Below, piece after piece: positions 46,936-56,313 of a stretch of DNA of 64,000 bases; positions within the stretch are counted from its first letter, which is position 1; each line of letters starts with the position of its first letter. Below the pieces are notes generated by a model that was not told the DNA's origin, searched no databases, and saw only the letters and a program-made list of their open reading frames with translations. The stretch spans positions 3,128-67,127 of IMG/VR virus record IMGVR_UViG_3300031578_009495, one strand, 5' to 3'. This DNA is from a virus. Made by a program: the position numbers and the translations under genes.

Positions 46936-47670
46936 GTGCAAGACATAGATATTTCTATAATTTGTTCTATCTGGAATAGGCCAAAGTTTCTTATCGACGC
47001 ATTACAAAGTATAGTCGATCAAGACTATGAAGGTAAAACCCAGGTAATCCTTTGTGACGATGGTTTGCTTGATGAAACGACAAAAGTAATTGAACATTAT
47101 CAATCCAAGTTTGACCAATTTGATGTAATTAGAGAAAGCCCGGAACCAGAGGAACGAATAAAAACATCACGCCTGGCAATTATGATCAACAAAGCACTTC
47201 CTTTATGTGTAGGAAAATATATAAGCTATCTTCCCGATGATGACCTTTATAAGCCTGAAAGAAACAGACTTATGATAGAATTTCTTGATAAAAAACCGGA
47301 TGTCTTCTTTGCGTATCACTGGATAAAAATGATTACAATATCGCAAGATAAAGCTGTTGTCGGAGATACCGTTGACCTTTGCGATCCATGGGATGAGGCC
47401 ACGAAGTACTGGATTAAGAATATATACAACAGAATAGATCATTCCACTATATTTCACAGAAACCTATTTGCAGACAATATCCTTTGGAATGAAAGCTCTG
47501 AATACAAGCGCTGCCAAGACTGGGGTTTTATTAAACGAATTATAGAAAAAGACTTAAAAATTGATTGCTTGGAAAAACACCTGGCAATAGGAAGAAAGAT
47601 ATCTGGGCAGTCGCTTAACAGGGATGGGGATCAAATGATTGCAAATATGATAGCAAGGGGGCATGGATGA
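46936..47670 (+). CDS. glycosyltransferase family 2
   Basis: ISIICSIWNRP, ILCDDG, YLPDDD, CQDWGF. Confidence 0.88.
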   Translation: MQDIDISIICSIWNRPKFLIDALQSIVDQDYEGKTQVILCDDGLLDETTKVIEHYQSKFDQFDVIRESPEPEERIKTSRLAIMINKALPLCVGKYISYLPDDDLYKPERNRLMIEFLDKKPDVFFAYHWIKMITISQDKAVVGDTVDLCDPWDEATKYWIKNIYNRIDHSTIFHRNLFADNILWNESSEYKRCQDWGFIKRIIEKDLKIDCLEKHLAIGRKISGQSLNRDGDQMIANMIARGHG

Positions 47671-48674
47671 CAGCAGCAAGAAAAAAAAGAATATATTATG
47701 TGAGTCCGAATAGTGGTGGTATATCGTATTACAGATGCACGATGCCGGCATATTATCTTAATCGGGCAGGACTCGCGGAAACCGCTGTTGATTTTGGTAG
47801 ATTTCAAAAAGAATTCGTGGATTGGGCTGATGTGATAGTTGTACAAAGGGTGCTTGGCAAAGGAATCCAGCACCTAATTCATTATTGCCACATGCGAGGT
47901 AAGAAGGTTGTTTTTGAAATAGACGATAATGTTTGGCAGTTTCCAGATAGTCCGGAATACCAGGACGCCCAGGCAAAGGATGTTCCAGCCCAAACAACCG
48001 ACATAATAGATCGCTGTGATGCCGTAACTGTTTCGACACAGGCCATTGCCAACGAAATAGAGAAGACCTCTAAAACACCTGTAACAGTTATTCCTAATGC
48101 CCTTGATTTCGAGCAATGGAAACAACTTGATATAAGGCATGAACATTTTCTTGTTGGCTGGGCCGGTGGCCACTATCATGTACAGGATCTTGAAATGATT
48201 GTACCGGGATTAAAAAAGATCATTGAACAAAACCAAAAGACTACGCTTGTCTTTCTTGGATGCTGCCCGATGCAATTATTAATTGATCATCCGGATAAAG
48301 TATTTATGCAGGAATTTGTAAGCGTAGAAATGTTTCCAAAGACCATGTCTGTAATGAAATTTGATATAGGGCTGGCACCGCTTTATGAAACCGAATTTGC
48401 AAAATCACGATCAAATATCAGATTATTGCAATATAGTGCATTGCAAATTCCATCAGTGGTCAGTTATTATGGGGAATATGGCAAGGCTATTGATGATGGG
48501 TTTCCGGCGGTTTCTGTCACGAAAGATGGAAGTTGGGCAGAGGCTGTACAGTGGTATATTGATAATCCAGAACAAAGGATAGAAATAGGAAAAAAGGCTA
48601 AAGAATATGTGGCTGAACGATATGATATTAAAAATAATGTTCGTAATTGGAACGATGTATATAACTATTTGTAA
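47667..48674 (+). CDS. GT-B (GT4-like) glycosyltransferase
   Basis: YYRCTMP, FEIDD, VTVSTQAI, VIPNALD, VGWAGG, DIGLAPL..FAKSRSNIR. Confidence 0.85.
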   Translation: MTAARKKRIYYVSPNSGGISYYRCTMPAYYLNRAGLAETAVDFGRFQKEFVDWADVIVVQRVLGKGIQHLIHYCHMRGKKVVFEIDDNVWQFPDSPEYQDAQAKDVPAQTTDIIDRCDAVTVSTQAIANEIEKTSKTPVTVIPNALDFEQWKQLDIRHEHFLVGWAGGHYHVQDLEMIVPGLKKIIEQNQKTTLVFLGCCPMQLLIDHPDKVFMQEFVSVEMFPKTMSVMKFDIGLAPLYETEFAKSRSNIRLLQYSALQIPSVVSYYGEYGKAIDDGFPAVSVTKDGSWAEAVQWYIDNPEQRIEIGKKAKEYVAERYDIKNNVRNWNDVYNYL

Positions 48675-48691
48675 TAAAGGAGAATTGGGCC

Positions 48692-51118
48692 ATGCCGACA
48701 TATAGAAACGATTGTGATGAAATTTTAGTCATTCACGGTGAAACATTCCAGCCAGGTGAAGATCAAGCCATTGGATGGTACATAACAAATCCGTGCTTAA
48801 CCTTAGTGTCTGATGACCCACCGGCTGCTTTTTTTGGTAAAAATAATATGTTTGCAACATCTGCGCCTACTGTTAATGATGACTTGGGAGGCGGATATAA
48901 TGTTGGAAGTATGTGGATTGATCGCACCGCAGATAAAGTCTATACTTGCGTTGATGAAACAATAGGTGCTGCTGTATGGGAACAAACTGGCGGAACTGGA
49001 GCAGACGACCAAACTGCCGCTGAAGTACCATTCACTCCCGCTGGCGATATAGTCGAAACAGATACCCAGGGGGCAGTAGTTGGGGTTGACGCAAGAAAAA
49101 TTCCCCACGCAGATTTTACCGCAGCAGACGAAGTGATGGTGGGAACGGGGGCAGGAACTCATGGTCAAGTAACTCTTGGCGCAAGTCAATTTCTCGCCAA
49201 GAAAGCAGCAGGGGCAGTTACAAATATAACAGCGGCTGAAGCTCGTACAATTTTAAACGTTGAAGATGGGGCTGAGGCGAATAATATTAGTGATGTTGAT
49301 GCAACAGATTTGACAGATGGTGGAGACACGACACTCCATGATCACGATGGGATAAGTGAAAATACAGCGGCAAGGCATACTCAAGGAACAGATATAGCAT
49401 TAGGAGCTGTTGCTGCTAAAAATCCGCCTATTGATGCTGACAAAGCATTGTATCGAGATAGTACGGTTACTGATGCTTTGGTAACTTCAACATGGACGCA
49501 AATAAAAGCCTTTCTGAAGACTTATTTCGATTCTTTATATTCTGCAATATCACACAAAGACACTCATGATCCGGAAGATGGTGGAGATAAACTTGATACA
49601 GCAACTGCTTCAGAAATAGCGGGTGTTCAGGCGGCAGCAGTAGGTACTTCACATTCTCTTGCCCGAGCAGATCATGTACATGCTATAAATCATGGTATTA
49701 CAGACAATCACTTATTGACTGTTGACCAGGCAGACGCAGCTGATGACGAGTATGCAAGGTTTACAACTAGTGGTATTGAAAGTAGGAGTGTTGCAGAGAC
49801 TAAGACCGATATGGGATATATGACTGACCTTGTCGATGATACTACCCCTCAACTCGGTGGTGATTTGGATGCACAGGGTAACTACGCAGTAGGATTACAG
49901 AACATCCCTGACCTTGCGGCGAAGGGGCCTGGTTTTTGGTTTGATGGGGTGAATGATTATATAGATTATGGAAATAAGCCAAATTTAGCTTTTGAAAGTA
50001 ATCAGGCATTATCTATGGTGGCAATATTAAAGCTAAATCCTGGCGCTCTTAAGACTACGGGAGACATTATTTCTAAAGGAAACCAGAATACCCCATATCA
50101 AGGTTATGCTATTAGTGTTACTATTGCAGGGAATTTAACGGTAGCATTAATTAACACTGTCGATACGAATAATTTAAGAACACAGTCATTAAGAGCAATA
50201 AATGACGGCATGCATCATTGTGTTGGTGTAACATATAATGGTAGTTTAGATTCTACTGGAGTGAGTATGTATATTGATGGAGACTTAACGCCTCAAACCG
50301 TATTGTTCAATAACCTGTCAGGGAGTCTACTGACAGCATTTCCTTTCAATGTAGGTGCACGCAATAGTGTGGAAAAATACAGTTATGGTTCAGGAGCTAT
50401 ATATAAATGTTTACTTTTTAATTTAGTTCTGACTGAAACTGAAGTAAAAGCCTTTTCATCCGGTGCTCCGGTGCCGTTCAAATATATTGGGGCCTCACAA
50501 ACAGCCCTAACAAGCGGTACTCTGATTGTAGGCAAACAATACATCATAGACACATTTGTTGCAGGGGATAATTTTGTTAATGTGGGTGGTACAAACGTTA
50601 CTGGTAATACTTTTGTTGCAACCGGTATAACCCCTACAACCTGGACAAATTCAAGTTCATTGAGGCGAATAGGCGCAGTCCTCCAACTTGAGAATGACTC
50701 TATTATGAACGGTCAGTGGTTGAATAAGAACCCAAATTTACCATTAGTTTCTGGAACAGTAAACGGAGCATTAACTACCAACTTACCAACAAATCATAAA
50801 GAGCAGTTTATTCAATTAGTGAACATGACGGATGATACAGCTTGGCTTTCAGTAGTGCCGGCAAACTATATTTTAAATTATATTGTCTTTGAGGGAACAA
50901 ACGCAAACGCTTGTATTGTAGATTTAGGAACAACCACTGGAAATTCTGATGTTTTTTCTCAACAAACAATAGTGGCAAATGGATTTACGACCGTAGTCCT
51001 GAATAAATTTTTTAGCAAAACCACTGCGCAGAGCTTGTACCTTTCAGATGACGGAGTAGGGGTATGGAACGGAGCTAGCGTGTTAGCTACTTTGTATATG
51101 TCAAAAATTAGAGGATAA
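48692..51118 (+). CDS. tail fibre protein with LamG/concanavalin-A-like domain
   Basis: PTVNDD..GSMWID motif, DTTPQLGGDLD, FDGVNDYI, HHCVGVTYNG..MYIDG. Confidence 0.78.
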   Translation: MPTYRNDCDEILVIHGETFQPGEDQAIGWYITNPCLTLVSDDPPAAFFGKNNMFATSAPTVNDDLGGGYNVGSMWIDRTADKVYTCVDETIGAAVWEQTGGTGADDQTAAEVPFTPAGDIVETDTQGAVVGVDARKIPHADFTAADEVMVGTGAGTHGQVTLGASQFLAKKAAGAVTNITAAEARTILNVEDGAEANNISDVDATDLTDGGDTTLHDHDGISENTAARHTQGTDIALGAVAAKNPPIDADKALYRDSTVTDALVTSTWTQIKAFLKTYFDSLYSAISHKDTHDPEDGGDKLDTATASEIAGVQAAAVGTSHSLARADHVHAINHGITDNHLLTVDQADAADDEYARFTTSGIESRSVAETKTDMGYMTDLVDDTTPQLGGDLDAQGNYAVGLQNIPDLAAKGPGFWFDGVNDYIDYGNKPNLAFESNQALSMVAILKLNPGALKTTGDIISKGNQNTPYQGYAISVTIAGNLTVALINTVDTNNLRTQSLRAINDGMHHCVGVTYNGSLDSTGVSMYIDGDLTPQTVLFNNLSGSLLTAFPFNVGARNSVEKYSYGSGAIYKCLLFNLVLTETEVKAFSSGAPVPFKYIGASQTALTSGTLIVGKQYIIDTFVAGDNFVNVGGTNVTGNTFVATGITPTTWTNSSSLRRIGAVLQLENDSIMNGQWLNKNPNLPLVSGTVNGALTTNLPTNHKEQFIQLVNMTDDTAWLSVVPANYILNYIVFEGTNANACIVDLGTTTGNSDVFSQQTIVANGFTTVVLNKFFSKTTAQSLYLSDDGVGVWNGASVLATLYMSKIRG

Positions 51119-51120
51119 TT

Positions 51121-51738
51121 ATGGTTAAAATAAATGCACCTTATGGAAGATTGACAGTAATAAAAGATGCTGGACGAACATCATATGGACGTAGACAATT
51201 TGAATGTTTATGTTCATGTGGCAATACCATTATAGCTGAGTCATCAAATATAGAACGAGGTCATACTTCAAGTTGTGGATGTCTTAGAGACGAACTACAA
51301 TTTAAACACGGCATGTCACAATCAAAAGAGTTTATGATTTGGGCTTCTATGCGTGCCAGATGCAATAATAAAAATAGTCAAAATTATAAGTTTTACGGGG
51401 CACGTGGTATTAAGGTTTGCGGGCGATGGGATAAATCTTTTAAAGCATTTTATGAAGACATGGGTTCTAAGCCTGATGGGCATTCAATTAATAGAGTAAA
51501 TAATGATGGAAATTACGAACCTTCAAATTGTGAGTGGTCAACTGCAAAAAATCAAATGAATAATATGCAAGGGAATCATAATATAACATTTAAGGGTATT
51601 ACGAAAACCCTTACTGAATGGTCTGAAAAATTTGGCTTAAAATCTCCAACAGTAAGGCGAAGATTAAAAAAAGGATGGTCGGTAGCAAACGCTTTAACTA
51701 TGCCATTGCGTCCAGGGAGGGCTTTAAAAAATGCCTGA
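51121..51738 (+). CDS. free-standing HNH homing endonuclease
   Basis: YGRLTVI, TSSCGC, WASMRARC, YGARGIKVCGRW, SINRVNNDGNYEPSNCEW. Confidence 0.9.
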   Translation: MVKINAPYGRLTVIKDAGRTSYGRRQFECLCSCGNTIIAESSNIERGHTSSCGCLRDELQFKHGMSQSKEFMIWASMRARCNNKNSQNYKFYGARGIKVCGRWDKSFKAFYEDMGSKPDGHSINRVNNDGNYEPSNCEWSTAKNQMNNMQGNHNITFKGITKTLTEWSEKFGLKSPTVRRRLKKGWSVANALTMPLRPGRALKNA

Positions 51739-52015
51739 AAAAGAACAAGCAACTTCAACAGTAGAAAAGCCGGTCAAAGCAGGCTATAAAGTCCTGACAA
51801 AACCAGTTTCAAAAGTGGAAATCAAAGCAAGATTAACTGATGTGAATAATACACCATATTATGTGTATGACTTATTCAATGAAAATGGTATTTGCATGGC
51901 TTTGAATAGATATGTTCTTACTGATAATAGAGCAGAACAGCCATTTAGTGCACTTACACAAGAAGAGGAGAATATCCTTAATCCACCATATATAGCACCG
52001 GAGGAGACGATATAA
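51731..52015 (+). CDS. hypothetical protein
   Basis: 94 aa, coupled. Confidence 0.5.
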   Translation: MPEKEQATSTVEKPVKAGYKVLTKPVSKVEIKARLTDVNNTPYYVYDLFNENGICMALNRYVLTDNRAEQPFSALTQEEENILNPPYIAPEETI

Positions 52016-52626
52016 TGTCATTCGTGAATGGGATATTTGACTGGGTAACTACTAAGAAATTGTGGTTACTTAGTGAAACACTTGAAGGCACACTTAAACC
52101 TGGAATGATTGAGTATAGTGATGGCAAATTCTATCTCACATCAGCAAATAGGCGTGTGATATCCCGTGCAAGTGATTCACTTATAATACCTGTTACAGTA
52201 GCAGATACAACAGACGAAACAACCGTATGGACTGGCATACTGGCAGCGAATACACTCTTGCCATACAAGGTATTAAGAGTAACCGCAAGTGGTAAATTCA
52301 GCACTGCAAATGCAAACGATAAGCTGACAATTCGGTTGAAGTTGGATAGTACGGTATTGCTTGAACTGGAATCCACAGCAGGTGTAGTATCTGATGCTCC
52401 TGGCCATATGAGTGCTTACGGAACAGTTAGGACGATAGGAGTTTCAGGAACTATCGCATCACACGGTGAATTGGCATTAGCTGCGAAATCCACACATGCT
52501 AATACTAGCAGCACAGTAGTGAACACAACAGCAGCAAATAATCTGGTCATAACTGCACAATGGAGCAATGCTTTGGCTGGTAACACATTCACATTCGACC
52601 AAGGATTCTTGGAAGTGATGAATTAA
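52015..52626 (+). CDS. beta-rich tail fibre-associated protein
   Basis: Thr/Ala/Gly-rich 203 aa. Confidence 0.55.
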   Translation: MSFVNGIFDWVTTKKLWLLSETLEGTLKPGMIEYSDGKFYLTSANRRVISRASDSLIIPVTVADTTDETTVWTGILAANTLLPYKVLRVTASGKFSTANANDKLTIRLKLDSTVLLELESTAGVVSDAPGHMSAYGTVRTIGVSGTIASHGELALAAKSTHANTSSTVVNTTAANNLVITAQWSNALAGNTFTFDQGFLEVMN

Positions 52627-52740
52627 GACAGAACCACGGAGATATCATGGCAAGACAATTCAGAAGAAGCGATGATGATGATTTGAGGCTGTTGGATGTT
52701 TTAGACGAGCGCATAGAAAACATGAGCAGGTTATAATATT

Positions 52741-53031
52741 TTGAAATTTACATTAGAAAAAATTGATCTATCAAAGATTAAAGACCTTTATTTTTTGCGT
52801 GGGTACCAATGCGATGATGAAGCTTATTGTGTTAGCGCAATATTAAGGGTAAACCACAAAAACGAATTGGATGCATCATTATTGCATTCAAATAAGTTAT
52901 TGAGTGTCTCAGACGCAAAAAACTTAATAAAATATCTTAAAAACATGGGCATGAAAGTAACGGCTGAAGTACTAAAAACGGATTTCGATAGGTTTTATTC
53001 GAAGAATTCATTTAAAAAGATTAGTTTTTAG
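52741..53031 (+). CDS. hypothetical protein
   Basis: TTG start, 96 aa. Confidence 0.45.
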   Translation: MKFTLEKIDLSKIKDLYFLRGYQCDDEAYCVSAILRVNHKNELDASLLHSNKLLSVSDAKNLIKYLKNMGMKVTAEVLKTDFDRFYSKNSFKKISF

Positions 53032-53039
53032 GGGATATT

Positions 53040-53381
53040 GTGGAGACTATTAACGTAATTGACTGGAAGATGGTAACGGCAATAGCAACCCTTTTGGTAA
53101 TACAGGGTAGTATTCTCCTTGCCGCTGCGAAATCTATTTTTATTACAAGAAGAGGGCTGTATGACCAACAAGGGATTACAAATTTTGTAACGAGGATTGA
53201 ATGTGAAAAGCATAAGGCTGAAATAGCAGCACAAAGAGTTGAGTTAGATAGGAGAAAAGATTTGACAACTCGTATGATGTGTGTAAAAATGGACGAATTA
53301 AAAAAAGAAATGTTTGAAATAATAAAAAAATTAGACGTTTATATTGCGAGCCAAAAACATGAAAAACATGACCGTACGTGA
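53040..53381 (+). CDS. single-TM coiled-coil protein (lysis-associated candidate)
   Basis: N-terminal hydrophobic helix then coiled coil; upstream of endolysin. Confidence 0.5.
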   Translation: METINVIDWKMVTAIATLLVIQGSILLAAAKSIFITRRGLYDQQGITNFVTRIECEKHKAEIAAQRVELDRRKDLTTRMMCVKMDELKKEMFEIIKKLDVYIASQKHEKHDRT

Positions 53382-53562
53382 ACTTAAAGAAAAACTTGAA
53401 AACGTCCCTGATGATGCTGTAGTGTATTATCAGCGGATTGAGGATCACTACTTCGATTGCGGCTGGAAAACTACCGAGATTGAAACAAGCGACTACATAA
53501 AAGCGTTTACCGCAAAATACCATGAAGATAGTAATGCTTTTGTCGTGAATGCGCATTATTGA
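53362..53562 (+). CDS. hypothetical protein
   Basis: MKNMTVRELKEKLENVPDDAVV, a common small phage ORF pattern; start uncertain. Confidence 0.5.
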   Translation, partial: KNMTVRELKEKLENVPDDAVVYYQRIEDHYFDCGWKTTEIETSDYIKAFTAKYHEDSNAFVVNAHY

Positions 53563-53746
53563 AGTGCTCACGTTGGGATCGCTTCAACTAAGTGAGCGGC
53601 GAAATAGAGAGCGTCGCTCCCTTACGAGAGCAAAGACTGTATCATCAGCATTCTTGCGGTGGATGGAGCAGGCCGGTTGGCGGCATAAGCGAAAATTCTA
53701 TATCAGCATAGCCTATGTCGGCTATGGATAATTCTGAGGGGGGAAT

Positions 53747-54070
53747 ATGAAAAAAATTATAGCAATTCTTATCTTCGCAATTTTATTACTTGGTTGTGGG
53801 GATGATAAAGATTCGATAACACCTCAATGTAGGCACTATAGCGTATTACGGGCTCTGACCTTCAGCGAAAACTATGTAGTTAGGATAGCTTACGGTAAAA
53901 ATAGTACCGGAGCGACTCATTCTCAAGCCCAGGCACTTATAGATGGAAAATGGAAATGGTTGCAGAATGATGAAATGCCTGTTTATGTTGGTGAGCAGGA
54001 AGTTTTAACAATTGCTCATTATGTACCTATAGAGAAGGCTCTGGATTGGACGAAGCAAATCAAAAAATAA
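53747..54070 (+). CDS. lipoprotein with transglutaminase-like Cys/His residues
   Basis: lipobox LLLGC; QCRHYS...HSQAQALIDGKW. Confidence 0.5.
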   Translation: MKKIIAILIFAILLLGCGDDKDSITPQCRHYSVLRALTFSENYVVRIAYGKNSTGATHSQAQALIDGKWKWLQNDEMPVYVGEQEVLTIAHYVPIEKALDWTKQIKK

Positions 54071-54081
54071 AGGAGAAATAG

Positions 54082-54492
54082 ATGTTTGTTAATCCGACAG
54101 GTTTGAGTATTAGAAATGATTCTAAAGGTTTGGGACATCATGGAGCTCCGAGAGGTTTAAGAAAACATAACGGAATAGATCTTCTCTGCACTCCTAACCA
54201 ACCTATTAAAATGCCAGTAGCTGGTATTATCGTAAGAGAATCCTTACCATACAAAGATAACTTAGAATGGAGGGGAGTTCATATCGTTTCGGATAGAATA
54301 GAACTAAAATTATGGTACTTTTTACCGGATTTGAATTTAATAGGTTCTTATGTACGCCTTGGAGATATAATTGGATATGCTCAGGATATAAGTCGAAAGT
54401 ATTCCGGAGTTCTCCCTCACGTGCATTTACGGGTTGTTACAGTCGATCCGATGTTAATTTTTTTTAATGAAACAGGTTTTCTTTCGAAATAA
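54082..54492 (+). CDS. M23-family peptidase (endolysin candidate)
   Basis: HNGIDL (HxxxD) and HVHL (HxH) zinc motifs. Confidence 0.82.
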   Translation: MFVNPTGLSIRNDSKGLGHHGAPRGLRKHNGIDLLCTPNQPIKMPVAGIIVRESLPYKDNLEWRGVHIVSDRIELKLWYFLPDLNLIGSYVRLGDIIGYAQDISRKYSGVLPHVHLRVVTVDPMLIFFNETGFLSK

Positions 54493-54500
54493 CAAACTGC

Positions 54501-54532
54501 GTCGCTCCCGCATGGGGAGCGTGGATTGAAAC
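54501..54532 (+). CRISPR. solitary type I-C CRISPR repeat (no array)
   Basis: GTCGCTCCCGCATGGGGAGCGTGGATTGAAAC; stem GCTCCC/GGGAGC; canonical GTCGC...GTGGATTGAAAC ends. Confidence 0.82.
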
Positions 54533-54538
54533 GAACAT

Positions 54539-54700
54539 CTGACATATTCCCACGGTTAAAACACGTGGGGTTCTAACATAGAACCAAAGTTTGTGGTTTT
54601 TAAACCACATCAGGCCGAGCTTTCTAACTCAGTCCGGCTTAAAGCCGAGGCATATCAGTGTGCCTCTTGAGATTGAGCGTTTAGCCCAACCTCAGCGATG
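54539..54700 (-). ncRNA. TnpB omegaRNA scaffold (5' boundary approximate)
   Basis: structured region overlapping the tnpB 3' end through the right end; conserved in the second copy at 43109-43206. Confidence 0.65.
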
Positions 54701-55773
54701 TTCCGAGATGCGCCATAATCAGAATTGCACTGAAAATCACATTTCTTGCATCGGAAATTAGCTTGAGTTTGTCGATTAGAGCGAGAAGTGAAACCGCATT
54801 TATAGCACCGTCTCGACGTGTTTCTTGGGTCAACCAGCAACACCTCAATGCCAATACGTCTTGATTTATAAATTGTGAAATCAACCAATTGTTTAAAAGC
54901 CCAAGACGACATCATTCGATTAAATCGTTTGGATCCTCTTGCTCGTTCTCTAATGCCTTCAAGTTTCTCAAAACAAATAACAGGGTTGTCATATTGAGCA
55001 GCTATATCGACAATCTCTTTACTAATTTTATGGTTGGTATCAGTCATCCATCTTCGTTCATGGCCTCTCGACATTTTAACCTTGTCAATCCTGCCATGCT
55101 TCTGATACCTTTTACGGATATCAGCAAAATGTTCTCTTTTGTGCCTGATTTCTTTGCCATCAAATATCTTAACCATATCAGGCGTAGAAAGAGTTGCAAT
55201 GCGGACTATTCCAAGGTCAATGCCGATAAAAGTTTTGTCACCGGAACGTCCGGCAGGCATTGTTTTGACTGGAAGCATTGCGTACCACTGGCCATTGCGT
55301 TGAAAAAGCTTAGCGTCACCTTTAACAGATTTAATTCTATCTTTAAACTTTTCTGGCACACAAAGCGGAAGCCAAATATATTCACCACGTTTCCCTGTAG
55401 AGCAGCGCAAGGCAACCCTGTTGTCAGTGGTCTCAATCGAATAAGCATTAACACCAAGTCCAATACCTTGACAACCATTAACCTTCGGAAATTGAGCATT
55501 CTTTTGTTTCTTTCTCAGTTGGAAAAAAGAACGAGCAAGAGAAACCGCAGCATTAACGCTCATTCTTGCATAGTCAGAAGGCAACCCAAGCTTGCGTGCA
55601 GGATAATAAGAAACATTATGTATCTTACCCCTGGAGCTGGTAGAAAGATCGTTTGCAGCATCAAGACCGAGTTGAACAGCATTAGAAAATATATTAGCCA
55701 TATTCTCAAGCCATTCAGCTTTGTGTTTATTTGGTTTGATAATTTTAACTATGACGGCTTCTGTGTTTTGCAT
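54655..55773 (-). CDS. tnpB: TnpB RNA-guided nuclease (RuvC triad intact)
   Basis: IGIDLG (D), ICFEKL (E), CYKC/CKKC zinc finger, CNSDYGASRNI (D); start reassigned to ATG 55773. Confidence 0.93.
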   Translation of the reverse strand: MQNTEAVIVKIIKPNKHKAEWLENMANIFSNAVQLGLDAANDLSTSSRGKIHNVSYYPARKLGLPSDYARMSVNAAVSLARSFFQLRKKQKNAQFPKVNGCQGIGLGVNAYSIETTDNRVALRCSTGKRGEYIWLPLCVPEKFKDRIKSVKGDAKLFQRNGQWYAMLPVKTMPAGRSGDKTFIGIDLGIVRIATLSTPDMVKIFDGKEIRHKREHFADIRKRYQKHGRIDKVKMSRGHERRWMTDTNHKISKEIVDIAAQYDNPVICFEKLEGIRERARGSKRFNRMMSSWAFKQLVDFTIYKSRRIGIEVLLVDPRNTSRRCYKCGFTSRSNRQTQANFRCKKCDFQCNSDYGASRNIAEVGLNAQSQEAH

Positions 55774-55779
55774 AATCAT

Positions 55780-55808
55780 ATTATAGTTACGTAAAACGCA
55801 GTTGTCAA
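55780..55808 (-). promoter_or_regulatory. perfect sigma70 promoter for tnpB
   Basis: TTGACA(55808-55803)-17-TATAAT(55785-55780); ATG begins 7 nt downstream. Confidence 0.8.
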
Positions 55809-55899
55809 GTAATTTTATTAATATTTTTTTAAAAAAAAAAGAAAGGGTGCCGATTCCTCCCACGACTGAAGTACGTGGGCTTCCTCGGCATAAATAATC

Positions 55900-56313
55900 G
55901 TGAGCTTAATAACAACGCTCAAGTCGTTTCTATCAGCCCCAAAGGCTATAGACAAGGCTTTGGATGTCGGAGAGAAAATAACGTCAGGGATCATCTCTGG
56001 ACTGGACAAATTGGTTTTCACGGATGAGGAACTGGCTGACATAAAGCAGAAATCAAACGAACTCTTACTTGAATTCTGGGGGAAAATCGCAAATGAAAAC
56101 ACTGAACAGAGTAAAGCCAGGCGCTCTCTCGCCATGATGACGTTCAAAGTCTATTTCTTTTTGCTGCTGGCCGGTGTGGTGGTTTACAAAATAGATACAG
56201 CTTACTCTCAGTTTATTTTTGACGTGGCTGGTACTTTGACGTGGCTTGTTTCAGGTATTGCAGCGATTTTCTTTGGCCCCCACCAGTTGTCGAAAGTAAT
56301 TAAGAAAAAGTGA
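55900..56313 (+). CDS. holin-like protein (3TM GTA-holin type)
   Basis: LDKLVFTDEE motif and two C-terminal hydrophobic helices. Confidence 0.7.
   Translation: MSLITTLKSFLSAPKAIDKALDVGEKITSGIISGLDKLVFTDEELADIKQKSNELLLEFWGKIANENTEQSKARRSLAMMTFKVYFFLLLAGVVVYKIDTAYSQFIFDVAGTLTWLVSGIAAIFFGPHQLSKVIKKK

Larger units (their letters stand above)
54539..55889 (-). mobile_element. IS200/IS605-family tnpB-only element
   Basis: left-end hairpin CCCACG/CGTGGG at 55859-55879 preceded (minus strand) by TTTAT; right-end hairpin near 54549 ending ATGTCAG; no tnpA. Confidence 0.85.

Noticed and set aside
53690-53745. Group II intron domain V/VI
   Set aside because: TTCTGAGGGGGG resembles the end of domain V, but no catalytic AGC triad hairpin, other domains or RT were found
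34249-54532. CRISPR array
   Set aside because: Only two full repeat-like units, 20 kb apart, with no repeat-spacer-repeat and no cas genes; reported as solitary repeats instead
54519-54538. TnpB guide cutting host CRISPR arrays
   Set aside because: The seed (ATGTTC) and TAM lie outside the repeat, so a host spacer would have to start GAACATATAAA. The natural DNA target is more simply the empty allele.
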